Source of the DNA: a virus | Taxonomy: Duplodnaviria > Caudoviricetes | Virus record (IMG/VR): IMGVR_UViG_3300037483_001128 | Location: 1 to 61,280 of that record | Strand: one strand, 5' to 3' | DNA length: 61,280 nt | In this document: piece after piece, positions 18,592 through 28,995 of the stretch | Position numbering within the stretch: the first letter of the stretch is position 1 | How the letters are laid out: the number at the start of each line of letters is the position of its first letter | Position numbers and translations under genes: made by a program | Notes under the pieces: generated by a model | Databases searched by the model: none | The model's input: only the letters and a program-made list of their open reading frames with translations | Told to the model about the DNA's origin: nothing

Positions 18592-20619
18592 ATGAACGCA
18601 GCAACTGAAACAAAACCCGCGCTATTTGTCGGCCAGGCCGTGCGCGATATGTACCACAACGGCGGATTTATTTACAAAATCGAAAACGACGATCGCGGCA
18701 TGTTCACGCTAGGCTCCGGCAAAATCAAAATGCGCCCGATCACGCAGCGGGTGCATATCGTGTTCACCGGTGACAATCCGCACACGGCCTGTGTGGGAGA
18801 GGACCAGGCCGCGCGCTATGTCGCCTGGCGCGGCCCGGCTGAACCGGCCACATCGTCGCAACTGGCCGAATATATCAGCGACGCGGAGACGCACCAGGCG
18901 AACGCGCGAACCGAACAGCACCGCAAGAGGGCCGACGACGAACAGCGCCGCGCGCTCTTCCTTGCCGACGCGCAGACGAAAGTCCCGCCCGGCGCGAAAG
19001 CCGTTTTAATCGCACAATACCGTGTGGACGACTCCGATATAATGATCGACTATTTCGCCAGTCACTCTGAACAAACTTTAATTCTGGGATTCTCGAATCA
19101 CACGCGCGACTTGTTCCCTGAAATGCGCAAGGCTGCCGCTAATGCTCCGGAGACCGCTTTCCTTGTGGACGCACCAGGCGATTACGAGCACCGCGAAAAA
19201 TACAGTCAAGGTGCGGGCTACTATCTCGGCAAAAATAGATATTCGGGCTGGTTCGTGAAAAAAGTTCCTCTCTATGATCGCGGCGCCGCCGGTGTTCCTG
19301 TCGGTGAATGGCGGTTACCTGCTGTTGAAGCCTCTGCACGCGCTCCCGTGCAGACCGGCCAGCAGGTAACCGTCACGAGTGGCCCGGGCTTCACCATCGA
19401 AGAGCACACGCACACGAAAAAAGGCTTTCAGATGTTTATCGTTATCCTTGCCGATCGTGTGGCCCGTGATGAATACGAACGGATTCTGAGGGCCGCGCAG
19501 GATATCGGCGGCTGGTACTCACGTCCATGGGGCAAGACGCCCGGCGGCTTTGCCTTCAAACAGCAACAGACCGCGCAAGACTTCGCCGCCGAATACGTCA
19601 GCGGCAGTCTGGACGATATCCCACAGAGCGCAATGACGCGCCCGGAGGTTTCCGGCACGATCCCATGCGCGGCGCCTGGTCGCGGTGAAAAACTGCGCAT
19701 GCTCGCGGAGGGCATGCGGTCGGACATCGATAACAAGCTGGGCGACCGTCTGGAAAACACGCCCAAGCGCGCCGCGCAGGGCGCACACGCCCGCTTGGAA
19801 GCCTACAAGCTACAGCGAGCCCAGCAAGTGCTTTTCCGCCTCGCGGATCTGTACGACGCGGGACACGTTCCCCTGCTCCTGTCCGGGATCACTTCGAAAA
19901 GTGCCGTGCTTGAGCACATGAGCGCGAAAACGCAACAGGTACAGAACGGCTTTCACAGTTACAGCATTGAAACCGTGCCGCTGACTCCGATCAAGTCCGA
20001 TCCGATCACGCTGGCACTGTGGGCCTTGCTTGACGCCCCGGACCCGCGCCAGGCGGAGCAAGATGAACTGAAACGGAAAGTAAACGCGGTGAAGCTGTCC
20101 GGCAGCATCCCGGGATACTTTCCGACGCCGCCGGCCGTGGTCGCTGAAATGATGAACGCGGCACAGGTGAAGGACTACCATACAGTTTTGGAACCGAGCG
20201 CGGGAGACGGTGCGATTCTGGCCGCGATCCCGGACGGGTGCCTAACGGTCGCGTTCGAGATCAATCACACGCTTTGCGACATTCTCAAGCTGCGCGGCTT
20301 CGATATGTGCCCCTCTGATTTTCTGGAACAACAGCCGGGTAAACTCCGTTTCGACCGTGTGCTGATGAACCCGCCCTTCGAGAATCAGCAGGACATAGCG
20401 CACGTGCTGCATGCGTTCCAGTTCCTGAAACCCGGCGGGCGTCTTGTCGCGATCATGTCGCCTGGCTGGCAGACCCGCAATAGCAAACAGGCAGAAGAAT
20501 TCCGCGCCTGGTTCGAGCAGAACCGGGGCCTGGTCGTCGCGCTCCCGGCCGGATCGTTTAGAGAGTCCGGGACCGGCGCGTCCACTGTAATGATTATCGT
20601 GGACCGGGAGGAAATGTAA
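18592..20619 (+). CDS. Multidomain polyvalent-type protein with C-terminal amino-DNA methyltransferase
   Basis: YFPTP, VLEPSAGDG (motif I) and MNPPF (motif IV) in the last ~170 aa; N-terminal DDSDxMxDYF and GGWYS...GFAF segments. Confidence 0.85.
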   Translation: MNAATETKPALFVGQAVRDMYHNGGFIYKIENDDRGMFTLGSGKIKMRPITQRVHIVFTGDNPHTACVGEDQAARYVAWRGPAEPATSSQLAEYISDAETHQANARTEQHRKRADDEQRRALFLADAQTKVPPGAKAVLIAQYRVDDSDIMIDYFASHSEQTLILGFSNHTRDLFPEMRKAAANAPETAFLVDAPGDYEHREKYSQGAGYYLGKNRYSGWFVKKVPLYDRGAAGVPVGEWRLPAVEASARAPVQTGQQVTVTSGPGFTIEEHTHTKKGFQMFIVILADRVARDEYERILRAAQDIGGWYSRPWGKTPGGFAFKQQQTAQDFAAEYVSGSLDDIPQSAMTRPEVSGTIPCAAPGRGEKLRMLAEGMRSDIDNKLGDRLENTPKRAAQGAHARLEAYKLQRAQQVLFRLADLYDAGHVPLLLSGITSKSAVLEHMSAKTQQVQNGFHSYSIETVPLTPIKSDPITLALWALLDAPDPRQAEQDELKRKVNAVKLSGSIPGYFPTPPAVVAEMMNAAQVKDYHTVLEPSAGDGAILAAIPDGCLTVAFEINHTLCDILKLRGFDMCPSDFLEQQPGKLRFDRVLMNPPFENQQDIAHVLHAFQFLKPGGRLVAIMSPGWQTRNSKQAEEFRAWFEQNRGLVVALPAGSFRESGTGASTVMIIVDREEM

Positions 20620-20720
20620 TGTACACATACACTTTACAGCCGTTTCTCCGTGACTACTTGCTGACCCTGCAGGTCCTTCCGCTGAACGATCCCAAGGAAC
20701 TGCCGGAGCTGCTGGCATGA
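20619..20720 (+). CDS. 33-aa mini-protein
   Basis: Coupled on both sides (TAATG and ATGA overlaps); GAGG RBS. Confidence 0.5.
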   Translation: MYTYTLQPFLRDYLLTLQVLPLNDPKELPELLA

Positions 20721-20989
20721 CGATCCGACTAAACAAACTGGAAACGATCCGGCGCCGTCGCGAAGATCGGCAGCTTCGGGAGTTTCTGCAAGCCGAATTC
20801 GCGCGCACGCTCCGCAAAATCGAAGAAGAGGCCCGGGTGCGAGAGTGGCGCGAGCGTGTCGACAGAGAGCTGTCTGAACACAGGGTACGCGCGAAGCTCG
20901 CGAAGCTGAAGCTGAAGCTGAAACGGCAAATCGAAATTCTTGCCGCGCTGGGTTTTATCCTTGCTGCTGCTGCATGGTGGCTGCAATGA
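20717..20989 (+). CDS. Small coiled-coil protein with C-terminal transmembrane segment
   Basis: ILAALGFILAAAAWWL C-terminus; overlap-coupled. Confidence 0.65.
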   Translation: MTIRLNKLETIRRRREDRQLREFLQAEFARTLRKIEEEARVREWRERVDRELSEHRVRAKLAKLKLKLKRQIEILAALGFILAAAAWWLQ

Positions 20990-21804
20990 ACGAAAAACTC
21001 GGGCAGTTCCCCACTCCAACATGGGCCGCTGAAATGCTGGTGACCAGGCACTTTCACCAGCTGACCGGCGCCGACACGGTGTTAGAGCCGTCCTGTGGCG
21101 ACGGTCGTTTCCTGCTCGCGATCCCGGCGCATGTTCCCGCCTATGGTGTTGAAATCGACCCCGATCTGGCGGACCAGGCGCGCGTTAACACCGGTCGGGA
21201 AATCCTGACCGGTGATTTCCGAGACGTGGTCCTCCCTCACGTACCAACAGCCGTCATCGGTAATCCGCCATTCACCGTTTCAACCATCGATGAATTCCTG
21301 ACCAGGTGTCACGACGTTCTGGAATACGAGGGCCGTGTGGGACTGATCGTGCCCGCGTACTATTTCCAGGTCGCGCGCCGGGTGGTCCGACTGAGTCGGC
21401 AGTGGTCTATCAGTCAGGAGCTGTTGCCGCGCAACCTGTTCGACGGCTTGGCCATTCCCATTTTGTTCGCTAACTTCCGCAAACAGCGTAAGACCGTGTT
21501 GTCTGGTTTCTTTCTGTACGCGGAGACCGAGGCCCTTGAATCACTGCAGAAAAAATACAGGGCGATGTTTTGGGGCAACACGGCTACCGCACGAGTTTGG
21601 GAACGAGCGTTCGCCGCAGCGCTGCAGACTCTCGGCGGCGAAGCGTCACTCGAACAGGTTTACCAGGTGATCGAAAATGACCGCCCTACCACGACCGCCT
21701 GGTGGCGCGAAGCACTGCGCAAGATTGCGCGGCAGTGTTTCGAGCCGCTGGGCAACGGCATGTACACGTTCAAAACCACTAACCAAGAGGACATACTGGA
21801 ATGA
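20986..21804 (+). CDS. Amino (N6-A/N4-C) DNA methyltransferase with probable C-terminal winged helix
   Basis: GQFPTP, VLEPSCGDG and GNPPF motifs. Confidence 0.9.
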   Translation: MNEKLGQFPTPTWAAEMLVTRHFHQLTGADTVLEPSCGDGRFLLAIPAHVPAYGVEIDPDLADQARVNTGREILTGDFRDVVLPHVPTAVIGNPPFTVSTIDEFLTRCHDVLEYEGRVGLIVPAYYFQVARRVVRLSRQWSISQELLPRNLFDGLAIPILFANFRKQRKTVLSGFFLYAETEALESLQKKYRAMFWGNTATARVWERAFAAALQTLGGEASLEQVYQVIENDRPTTTAWWREALRKIARQCFEPLGNGMYTFKTTNQEDILE

Positions 21805-22079
21805 TCCGTGAAATATTTAATGCGATCCAAAACTGGCGCCTGAAAACGCGCCAGGCGCGCGCGGCATGGGAATTTCGTGTCGGCTATCTGTCCGTCTTGG
21901 ACAGACGGCTGTTTCCGGACGAACCGCCTATGCTGTCGGACTCCGAACGGCTGCGGCTGTTGATCAAATCCGAAGCGTTCCGGTACGGCTGCGACATGGC
22001 GCGGGCTCGAAACGCCGATCATAGCCGTTTGAGCTTCACGGCGGAGAACGCCATGCGACTGGTAGTGTCCGATGCCTAG
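21801..22079 (+). CDS. Hypothetical protein
   Basis: Overlap-coupled ORF. Confidence 0.6.
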   Translation: MIREIFNAIQNWRLKTRQARAAWEFRVGYLSVLDRRLFPDEPPMLSDSERLRLLIKSEAFRYGCDMARARNADHSRLSFTAENAMRLVVSDA

Positions 22080-22338
22080 AGAAAACCTTTTTGCTTCTGA
22101 CGGCCAAGACCCGGTAGAAGACGCGCTGTATCAGGAGACGATGGCGTTGATCCACGGATATCAGAGGGATAAAAATGCGTCCATGAATTCCGTTATGGCC
22201 GCCATGTCCACTGCGCTCCTGATGATCGCCTACGAGTACAACATCACGCCCGCGGACATTTCTGAAATGTGGGCCGAACTCAGTAAACACATGACGGAGG
22301 AATTGCTAAAACATGCAAACTCAAACGACCACCACTAA
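22072..22338 (+). CDS. Hypothetical protein
   Basis: Overlap-coupled ORF. Confidence 0.6.
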   Translation: MPRENLFASDGQDPVEDALYQETMALIHGYQRDKNASMNSVMAAMSTALLMIAYEYNITPADISEMWAELSKHMTEELLKHANSNDHH

Positions 22339-22564
22339 CCCGATCCGGTTCACGGCCGTCCGCACCCCACTGGGCGGCCTGTCCAGCACTCTCCCGCCGG
22401 CGCCGGAGGGAGATAAAGAACTGCTGTTGCATGCTGTTGCCGCGTTCGGACACTTGATACCCAGGGGCACTAAAGTATCAGGGCCTGAATTCGCACAACG
22501 CATCCGTAACGTCTATTCACACCCCCGGGCTACTCAGATAGCCGATACTTTGGAGAAATATTAA
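22313..22564 (+). CDS. Hypothetical protein
   Basis: GGAGG upstream; in operon. Confidence 0.55.
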   Translation: MQTQTTTTNPIRFTAVRTPLGGLSSTLPPAPEGDKELLLHAVAAFGHLIPRGTKVSGPEFAQRIRNVYSHPRATQIADTLEKY

Positions 22565-22567
22565 GCC

Positions 22568-22957
22568 ATGAACCCGTTCACCTACACCTGTAAAAACTGC
22601 AAGGGCCATAATATCAGTAGCCGCGCAACGGTCTACTGGAACCACGTCAAACGCGTTTGGGAGGCCGATCTGGACTCGATCCTTGATGAAGACGAGTTGA
22701 TCTGTAACGATTGCGTGGAGGGCGATGGCGTGGACCACACCGCCAGCGATAATCCGGTAGACCGTCGCACGGAACTCCGCTTGGTCGTTGTGGTGGAAAA
22801 AGGCACGGTCCACGAAGTGTTCGCGGATGCCGTGCCCGGAATCAGCCCGCTTGTGTGGGTGTTGGACAAGGACTGTGACAGTGCGGACCAGGAAACGGCC
22901 CTACAAATTTACGACGACATCAAAGAAAAGGGTGGCGTCGAATTGGATTTAACGTAA
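22568..22957 (+). CDS. Zn-ribbon hypothetical protein
   Basis: CKNC...CNDC motif; GGAG RBS. Confidence 0.7.
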   Translation: MNPFTYTCKNCKGHNISSRATVYWNHVKRVWEADLDSILDEDELICNDCVEGDGVDHTASDNPVDRRTELRLVVVVEKGTVHEVFADAVPGISPLVWVLDKDCDSADQETALQIYDDIKEKGGVELDLT

Positions 22958-23017
22958 TATAGTCACCGGCTAACCACCACCACACTTTTACTTGACAACA
23001 CAGGGGCACTGCATTTT

Positions 23018-24808
23018 ATGGCTATCATACCAGAGGATTCTTTTCTGGCGGGTCTGCAACCGGATTCGACAGGACCACATTCAGATTCAGAAACAGCGGG
23101 AGCCTTTTTGTCCTCCGCCCTCCGCTCCCGGTCGTCGAAAGGACTCGTTCCAGGACCCACCATCAAGCAAATCAATTATCTACGGGACCTGCTGGCCCAA
23201 GCGGGTGTGGCTCACGGCTTGATGAAGGTTGTGTTTCCTGATAACAGCGTAGAATTATTCCCTCTAAAAAAATTCCTGCAAGGGGGAGACTCTCCTCCCG
23301 CGCCGACATGGCTGAGCCGAGACGTAATGTCGAATCTGATCGATCGGATCAAGGTAGGAGCTTATACACCAAGCGTGGAAAAAGGTTTCTATACGATCTC
23401 CCTGTGTCAGAGCAGTTCGGATTCGTCAACGTTCAGTCCCGACGAGTTCAGCGATGTATCCGACAGTGCAACGGCTCCGAAAGTCGATCCGGGAAGTCTG
23501 GACCACATCGACATAACTATCGATGCAACTACGTACACCGTCACCGCAGTAGACCTTGCGGCGGAACCCGACGCAGGAAAGACGCATGTGCGTGATCCGA
23601 ATTCACCGCCTGAAAAAGGCAAGCCCAAAAAAGAGGCAAAAGCTGCCGCCTTGCGCAGCTCGGTGCCGGAGACGAAGGCGGCCATCGATGTGGACGTGGT
23701 GATCAATAACGTCATGCACCAATCGGTGCTGGGAGACCTGGACGAAGCGGAACGTCTCCTGGTGTCCGCAATACATGACGCACAGCAGGCCGCGGTCGAC
23801 CGCGCGCTGCAGCACGCACCGTCGTCTCTGGAACCGGTGCAAACGGTCTACGTCACCGTCGACCAAGAGGGCCGCGAGGTACCGCGGACCCACGCGACCG
23901 CCCGCCAAGTTGGCATCACGTCCGTACGGGACCTGTGGTCACATGTACTCGGGAGCGCGCCCGGCGCCGGGGACTATGGACTCCCGGTCTGGGATGCCCC
24001 GCCAGCGCTACGGCCGATCCTGTACGACGTGTCCGCACTACACCACAAGCACGATTTGCGCACGATCTGCCAGGTGATCCAGAACGGTGGACACCTGTGG
24101 CTCACGGGCCATAAAGGCACCGGCAAAACAACGTTTGCCATGTCCCTGGCGCAGGTCTGCCGCCGGCCGTTTTTCCGTATCCAGCACCACGCCCAGACGG
24201 AAGCGCTGGACCTGCTGGGGAGCAAGGGACTGCGCGCTGGCGAGACCGTGTTCGAGCCGGGCATTCTGCTCACGGCCATGCAGACCGCCGGCGCCGTGAT
24301 CCTGCTCGACGAACCTACGCTGGCCAGCCTGACGCTGTCGGTGTATCAATCAATTCTCGACGAGGGGTTCATCCAGCTGGACGACCGTGTTTGCCGTTTG
24401 GCGCCTGGCGTGACGTTCATCTGTGCAGACAACACAGCCGGCAGTGGGGACACGTCCATGATCTACCACGGCACAGCCCCAGTGAACGCCTCGTTTCTGG
24501 ACCGCTTCGACGCTGTGATTAAAATGGACTACCTGCCGCGCGACGCCGAGGTCCGTTTGTTGTCGCAGCTGACCGGATTGCCGGAGGCGAAGTGCAAAAC
24601 TATTTGCACATTCGCACAAAAAGTCCGCGACGCCGTGCATGGGGGCAGCGTGGCGGAGCCTATCTCGTTCCGTCGCCTGGTCGCCTTCGCCAAGGCGCTG
24701 CTCGCCGGGGTCCCGAAACAGGTGGCACTGGCCAACACGATCGTGTCGTTTGTCGTCTCGCCCAGCGACCGGGAAACCTATGTACAGTTAGCCAACGGAC
24801 ACCTGTAG
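23018..24808 (+). CDS. MoxR/CbbQ/CobS-like AAA+ ATPase with long N-terminal extension
   Basis: GHKGTGKT Walker A, ILLDE Walker B, ADNT sensor and SFLDRF Arg finger. Confidence 0.9.
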   Translation: MAIIPEDSFLAGLQPDSTGPHSDSETAGAFLSSALRSRSSKGLVPGPTIKQINYLRDLLAQAGVAHGLMKVVFPDNSVELFPLKKFLQGGDSPPAPTWLSRDVMSNLIDRIKVGAYTPSVEKGFYTISLCQSSSDSSTFSPDEFSDVSDSATAPKVDPGSLDHIDITIDATTYTVTAVDLAAEPDAGKTHVRDPNSPPEKGKPKKEAKAAALRSSVPETKAAIDVDVVINNVMHQSVLGDLDEAERLLVSAIHDAQQAAVDRALQHAPSSLEPVQTVYVTVDQEGREVPRTHATARQVGITSVRDLWSHVLGSAPGAGDYGLPVWDAPPALRPILYDVSALHHKHDLRTICQVIQNGGHLWLTGHKGTGKTTFAMSLAQVCRRPFFRIQHHAQTEALDLLGSKGLRAGETVFEPGILLTAMQTAGAVILLDEPTLASLTLSVYQSILDEGFIQLDDRVCRLAPGVTFICADNTAGSGDTSMIYHGTAPVNASFLDRFDAVIKMDYLPRDAEVRLLSQLTGLPEAKCKTICTFAQKVRDAVHGGSVAEPISFRRLVAFAKALLAGVPKQVALANTIVSFVVSPSDRETYVQLANGHL

Positions 24809-24810
24809 CC

Positions 24811-24984
24811 ATGGCCACCAATTACAACATGACTCTTGACCAGTTTTGTGCCGAAGTTAAACGCGCTATGCAGGAGAAAAACATTCCACTGGATACACCC
24901 ATCTGGTACATCGACATATCGTTTCCACAGCCGGGGGCGATTGACGTACGCAACGAAGGCCCCGGCCTGGCGGTGCTGGAATGA
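24811..24984 (+). CDS. Small hypothetical protein (57 aa) between the AAA+ and vWA genes
   Basis: ATG 2 nt after the AAA+ stop; ATGA overlap with the vWA gene. Confidence 0.6.
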   Translation: MATNYNMTLDQFCAEVKRAMQEKNIPLDTPIWYIDISFPQPGAIDVRNEGPGLAVLE

Positions 24985-27008
24985 GTTCACACTTCGATGT
25001 TCAGACCAACCCGCTGACCACCGGCGCGTCGGTGAGCGTGCTCGACTACGTGCATGCGTCCGGCGCCGCGCTGAAACAACTCATTGACGAACACAAGACG
25101 GGCTACGTGGCGTGTGTACAGACGAAGATCAATTCTTCATGCGACACGGCGAGCGTCACGTTCAGACCCACAGTATCCAAGGGCGCTGATGAACTGCCCT
25201 ATAGATTCATTATACCCCACAACAAAACGCCGATGCTGGTGTCATTCACGCTACCTGGGTTTATCCGGGCCGACGATCGGTTGTCTCGCGTCCAAGCGGA
25301 TACCTGGACTGGGTACTGGGTGCACGAGGCCCTGCATGTGCTGTACTCGGACTTGAGGGCTATCAGGGAGCACGAGGAGTTCGCTCGACAGGACCTCTAC
25401 GGCGCGTTTAGTCGTGCGGCCGCCCAACGTCAGGGATTCGCGCTATACCGGGGCCTGTACAATGCACTCGAAGACGTACGAATCGAGTACCTGGCACAAC
25501 GCGACGGATGCGTGAAAAACCTCAGCGTCTGTCTCTCCCGGTTGCGGAACTTTTCATACACCCACAGCGTTGAGGGACGACCACCGGGGGTCCCGGAAAA
25601 TGTGTTGGACCTTCCAGAAAATGCTGCGTACACCATGAAAATCGTACTCAATGTACAGCTGCTGGGCCTCGACCTGCCCCGCGTGGTTCGTGACTGGACG
25701 GAGGCGACTCGCATGCCGGGGGTTCTGGAGTCCTATTTGACGAGCATGGTCGACGCCCCCTTGACCACGCAAGAGGCCGTGCACACGGCAAGTCTGCAGA
25801 TCGCCAAGGACCTGATTCAACTGGCGCTGGACTGGGCGGAGCCGGGCGACTCTCAGACAGATCCCCCGAAGAGTAGCCGCGATGGCGAAACTGGTGATGG
25901 CGAAACGGGTGATGGCGAAACGGGTGATGGCGAAACTGGTGATGGCGAAACGGGTGATGGCGAAACGGGTGATGGCGAAACTGGTGATGGCGAAACGGGT
26001 GATGGCGAAACGGGTGATGGCGAAACGGGTGATGGCGAAACGGGTGATGGCGAAACTGGTAGCAAAATATCACGCTCTGACTGTGACGCTACGGACAGGA
26101 GCGCGTTCGCCGCTTTGTTGACCGCGGAGATACCGGCTACCGACGACACCTTGGAAGGACTGTTAAAGCGGAATTCGACGCCCCGAAGTCACTACAACGC
26201 GCCAGTAGAGCAATTTTTGCTCACCTTGTACGAGCCGATGTCGCGATGGACCGGAAAATCCATATCGACGAATCCCGACGTGCGATCCCTGTTGCCGAGA
26301 ACAGCGCAGCTTGAAAACGATTTGAGATACCTGGTGCGGGCTCCGGACCAGTCCGGGATTGCCGGTCACAAACACCGGGGACGACTGCAGAGTCGGGCCA
26401 TTCCGCGCGGCATCGCCGGAGCATCCGACATTTTTCAACGCCGGTGGCTCAACGAGGGACACAATACAGCCGTCCTGGTGATCATTGACCGATCCGGGAG
26501 CATGAGTACGAGCGCCAATGTGAGCGGCGACACCCGACAGTCTGTGGCGAACGCCCTCGTGTCCGTTATTGGGGACACCCTGAGGCGCGCCGGTGCCCCC
26601 TTCGCGGCCACCGCGTTTAACACCGACACTTCCATCATCAAAACATTCACGGACCCCTGGGACCGGACGATAAAACGACGGGTTATGGCAGTCTTCCCGG
26701 ACGGCTACACTCGGGCCGACTGCGCATTCGTACAGAGTGTCCAACTGTTCCGGCAACTGAGCCCGAGTCTGAAAGTTACACGCCGGATTGTCTTATTTGT
26801 AGTGGACGGAGACAACGACTCAGGTCCTGAGATCATGCAGAGATTGACCCCACGGCTGAAAATGGCGTATCAAATTGACGGCGTGTACGGTCTCGGCATC
26901 GAAAGGGAAATCATGTGGGGGCTGGATGGCGCTGAGAAGGTGGATGGCCGGACCATCGGTGCAGTGGGGCTGAAAACAATCAAACGCGCCCTGATAGAAC
27001 GCAAGTAA
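24981..27008 (+). CDS. CobT-like protein: HExxH metallopeptidase-like N-domain, acidic repeat linker and vWA domain
   Basis: [24 protein letters not shown] and VVDG motifs; adjacent to the AAA+ gene. Confidence 0.88.
   Translation: MSSHFDVQTNPLTTGASVSVLDYVHASGAALKQLIDEHKTGYVACVQTKINSSCDTASVTFRPTVSKGADELPYRFIIPHNKTPMLVSFTLPGFIRADDRLSRVQADTWTGYWVHEALHVLYSDLRAIREHEEFARQDLYGAFSRAAAQRQGFALYRGLYNALEDVRIEYLAQRDGCVKNLSVCLSRLRNFSYTHSVEGRPPGVPENVLDLPENAAYTMKIVLNVQLLGLDLPRVVRDWTEATRMPGVLESYLTSMVDAPLTTQEAVHTASLQIAKDLIQLALDWAEPGDSQTDPPKSSRDGETGDGETGDGETGDGETGDGETGDGETGDGETGDGETGDGETGDGETGDGETGDGETGSKISRSDCDATDRSAFAALLTAEIPATDDTLEGLLKRNSTPRSHYNAPVEQFLLTLYEPMSRWTGKSISTNPDVRSLLPRTAQLENDLRYLVRAPDQSGIAGHKHRGRLQSRAIPRGIAGASDIFQRRWLNEGHNTAVLVIIDRSGSMSTSANVSGDTRQSVANALVSVIGDTLRRAGAPFAATAFNTDTSIIKTFTDPWDRTIKRRVMAVFPDGYTRADCAFVQSVQLFRQLSPSLKVTRRIVLFVVDGDNDSGPEIMQRLTPRLKMAYQIDGVYGLGIEREIMWGLDGAEKVDGRTIGAVGLKTIKRALIERK
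25881..26060 (+). repeat. 12 x 15-bp in-frame VNTR encoding (DGETG)12
   Basis: GATGGCGAAAC(T/G)GGT repeated 12 times. Confidence 0.97.
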
Positions 27009-27172
27009 AAGTTTAATCAAAACTGTTGTTTTTGCGTTTCGTCTTTGCTAGTTTTGTACTCGCGCCCCCTAAGACCCGGAAGGTGAGAAACCGCGCAAAT
27101 TAATGATAGACGCCGCCGGGAATTAGTCCGGTTGACGGGTTGCGGGGGCGGTTGATCGGAGGAAACAGAGTA

Positions 27173-27346
27173 ATGAGTTGGCGTAATAGCGTGTGTAAAG
27201 GAGTCTTTGCCCGAGGCCCCGCGACCCAGGCCCGGGGTGGTCTGCGGGCCTTGTGCCCGCAGTGCGGATATTGCGTGCACGTTGAGGCGAGCGGAGCACT
27301 GAGAAAACACCGGTTTCGGACCAAGCGCCGTGTCCGTTGGTTGTGA
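27173..27346 (+). CDS. Small basic Zn-ribbon-like protein
   Basis: GGAGG upstream; CPQC motif. Confidence 0.5.
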   Translation: MSWRNSVCKGVFARGPATQARGGLRALCPQCGYCVHVEASGALRKHRFRTKRRVRWL

Positions 27347-27349
27347 ATC

Positions 27350-27934
27350 ATGGCAGACCGATCTAAAAAATTTGACAAGACCCGTTTCAGTGCGTGGCTG
27401 CGCGAGAATGGCCACCGCATCTTGCCCGGAATTGGCCGCGGGGAAGTCCTGCGCTTCGAAGGCGGCGAAAACGTCGGGGTTGTCACGGTAGACAGTCGTG
27501 GTCAATATCATTTCAGTGAGATAGCCGCAATCGCCTTCGACTTTTTCGAAGCGGGCATGCCGTATGCGGCGACAATACGAACGCCGTACAAGAAACACCC
27601 CGGGGGCTTATACGACAAACTGCGGGAGCGTGACGGCCCGGACTGTTTCTATTGCGGGCTCCCCCTGGCCGGGGGCCTCACCACGATAGAACACCTGTTG
27701 TCGCGCCATCACGGGGGCTCGGATCATCTGGCCAATCTGGTGCTGGCGCACGAACCCTGTAATCAAGAAGCCGGGCACCTGTCGGTCATCAAGAAAATTG
27801 AATTGAGGGACCGGAAACGCGGAATCGTACCAATCGACATGCGACAGGGCACCGAATACACGCTCATCGTTTCCGAAGATTTGTCGGTGCCGGACCCCGA
27901 AGATTTGTTAGCCAGCCCCTTTCACAGTGAGTAG
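27350..27934 (+). CDS. HNH endonuclease
   Basis: CFYC...TIEHL...NLVLAHEPCN motif. Confidence 0.88.
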   Translation: MADRSKKFDKTRFSAWLRENGHRILPGIGRGEVLRFEGGENVGVVTVDSRGQYHFSEIAAIAFDFFEAGMPYAATIRTPYKKHPGGLYDKLRERDGPDCFYCGLPLAGGLTTIEHLLSRHHGGSDHLANLVLAHEPCNQEAGHLSVIKKIELRDRKRGIVPIDMRQGTEYTLIVSEDLSVPDPEDLLASPFHSE

Positions 27935-27945
27935 GACTTGAGCCC

Positions 27946-28050
27946 ATGAATAAACCCACCCGTTGGATCGAGTACGCACTGTCTGTCGCAGTGACCATTG
28001 TTATGCTGACGTGGCTCGGTATCATGATCGCACGAGTGCTCCTGCCATGA
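27946..28050 (+). CDS. 34-aa single-TM mini-protein
   Basis: AGGA RBS; MNKPTRWIEYALSVAVTIVMLTWLGIMIARVLLP; ATGA-coupled. Confidence 0.5.
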   Translation: MNKPTRWIEYALSVAVTIVMLTWLGIMIARVLLP

Positions 28051-28475
28051 CACTCCCGGCGGGGTATTTGCTCTGTGTCCAGACGTCGGAAAACAACGGC
28101 CTGGTGAACATTGAACGACTGTTGCCGGGCTTGTCGTCTGCCGAAGCGCGCATGTTTTACGAAATCGCAAAAGATTTTACGTCGAACGGCGTGTCAGATG
28201 CCCGGGGCGCTGGCGGAGATAAATTCATCCAGCCGGCGTTTCTGTCGTGGTACCGGCACCGAATTCTGACGAAACATCCTGACATCCCGGTGCATGTGCA
28301 AGAAAAGTGCAGTCTTGACATGGATTTTTACGCCAACATTCTGTGCCTGATCCTCGGAGAGCCAAGCGACTACTTAAGCATCCGCGGAATTTATGTGCGC
28401 AAAGTGGACCAAGTGCGTCTGTACTACCTCGAAAAACAATTGGACGATATCGAACCCCCGGGAGTACCCCAGTAA
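28047..28475 (+). CDS. Hypothetical protein
   Basis: Overlap-coupled at both ends. Confidence 0.6.
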   Translation: MTLPAGYLLCVQTSENNGLVNIERLLPGLSSAEARMFYEIAKDFTSNGVSDARGAGGDKFIQPAFLSWYRHRILTKHPDIPVHVQEKCSLDMDFYANILCLILGEPSDYLSIRGIYVRKVDQVRLYYLEKQLDDIEPPGVPQ

Positions 28476-28750
28476 TGAATCCTCTTGAACTGCAAGAGCA
28501 GATCGAAGACCGGCTGATCGGGCTGCTGCACATTCGCAAGGCCGAGATACACACGCTGCTGGGTGTTTCCAAAACGTCCTGGTTCGAGTACAGCAAGGGC
28601 ATCCGGCCCATGCCGGAGTATGTGGCGTATTCGATTCAGGCGCATCTGGCGTTGCCGGACATGGAACTGGACGAACTCATGTCAGCGCGTCTGATCGAAG
28701 AGCCAAAACCCACCGTGCGCCCGGCGATTGAGCCGGATCCCCTGGATTGA
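28475..28750 (+). CDS. HTH (XRE-like) DNA-binding protein
   Basis: KAEIHTLLGVSKTSWFEYSKGIRPMP helix-turn-helix pattern. Confidence 0.7.
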   Translation: MNPLELQEQIEDRLIGLLHIRKAEIHTLLGVSKTSWFEYSKGIRPMPEYVAYSIQAHLALPDMELDELMSARLIEEPKPTVRPAIEPDPLD

Positions 28751-28830
28751 CCATGAACGATGCGTTGTCGCAAACAGTGTGTGGGTTTTTCTTTTACTCA
28801 AATATCGAACCTAGTTAGAGGGCAAACATC

Positions 28831-28995
28831 ATGAACGAAGAAGAGATTAAAATTCGCAAGGCACTAGACCTGTTCGAGCGTTACGTGCAAGCTTTGGTAT
28901 ACGCCACGGGGATCGGCCCTATGCATCCCCACGACGCGCTCCAGATGGTCCGTGAAGAAGTCGTTACGGCCATTAAAAAGGAGTTGGAGCAATGA
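28831..28995 (+). CDS. Small hypothetical protein (54 aa)
   Basis: GAGG RBS; ATGA overlap with the next gene. Confidence 0.55.
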   Translation: MNEEEIKIRKALDLFERYVQALVYATGIGPMHPHDALQMVREEVVTAIKKELEQ

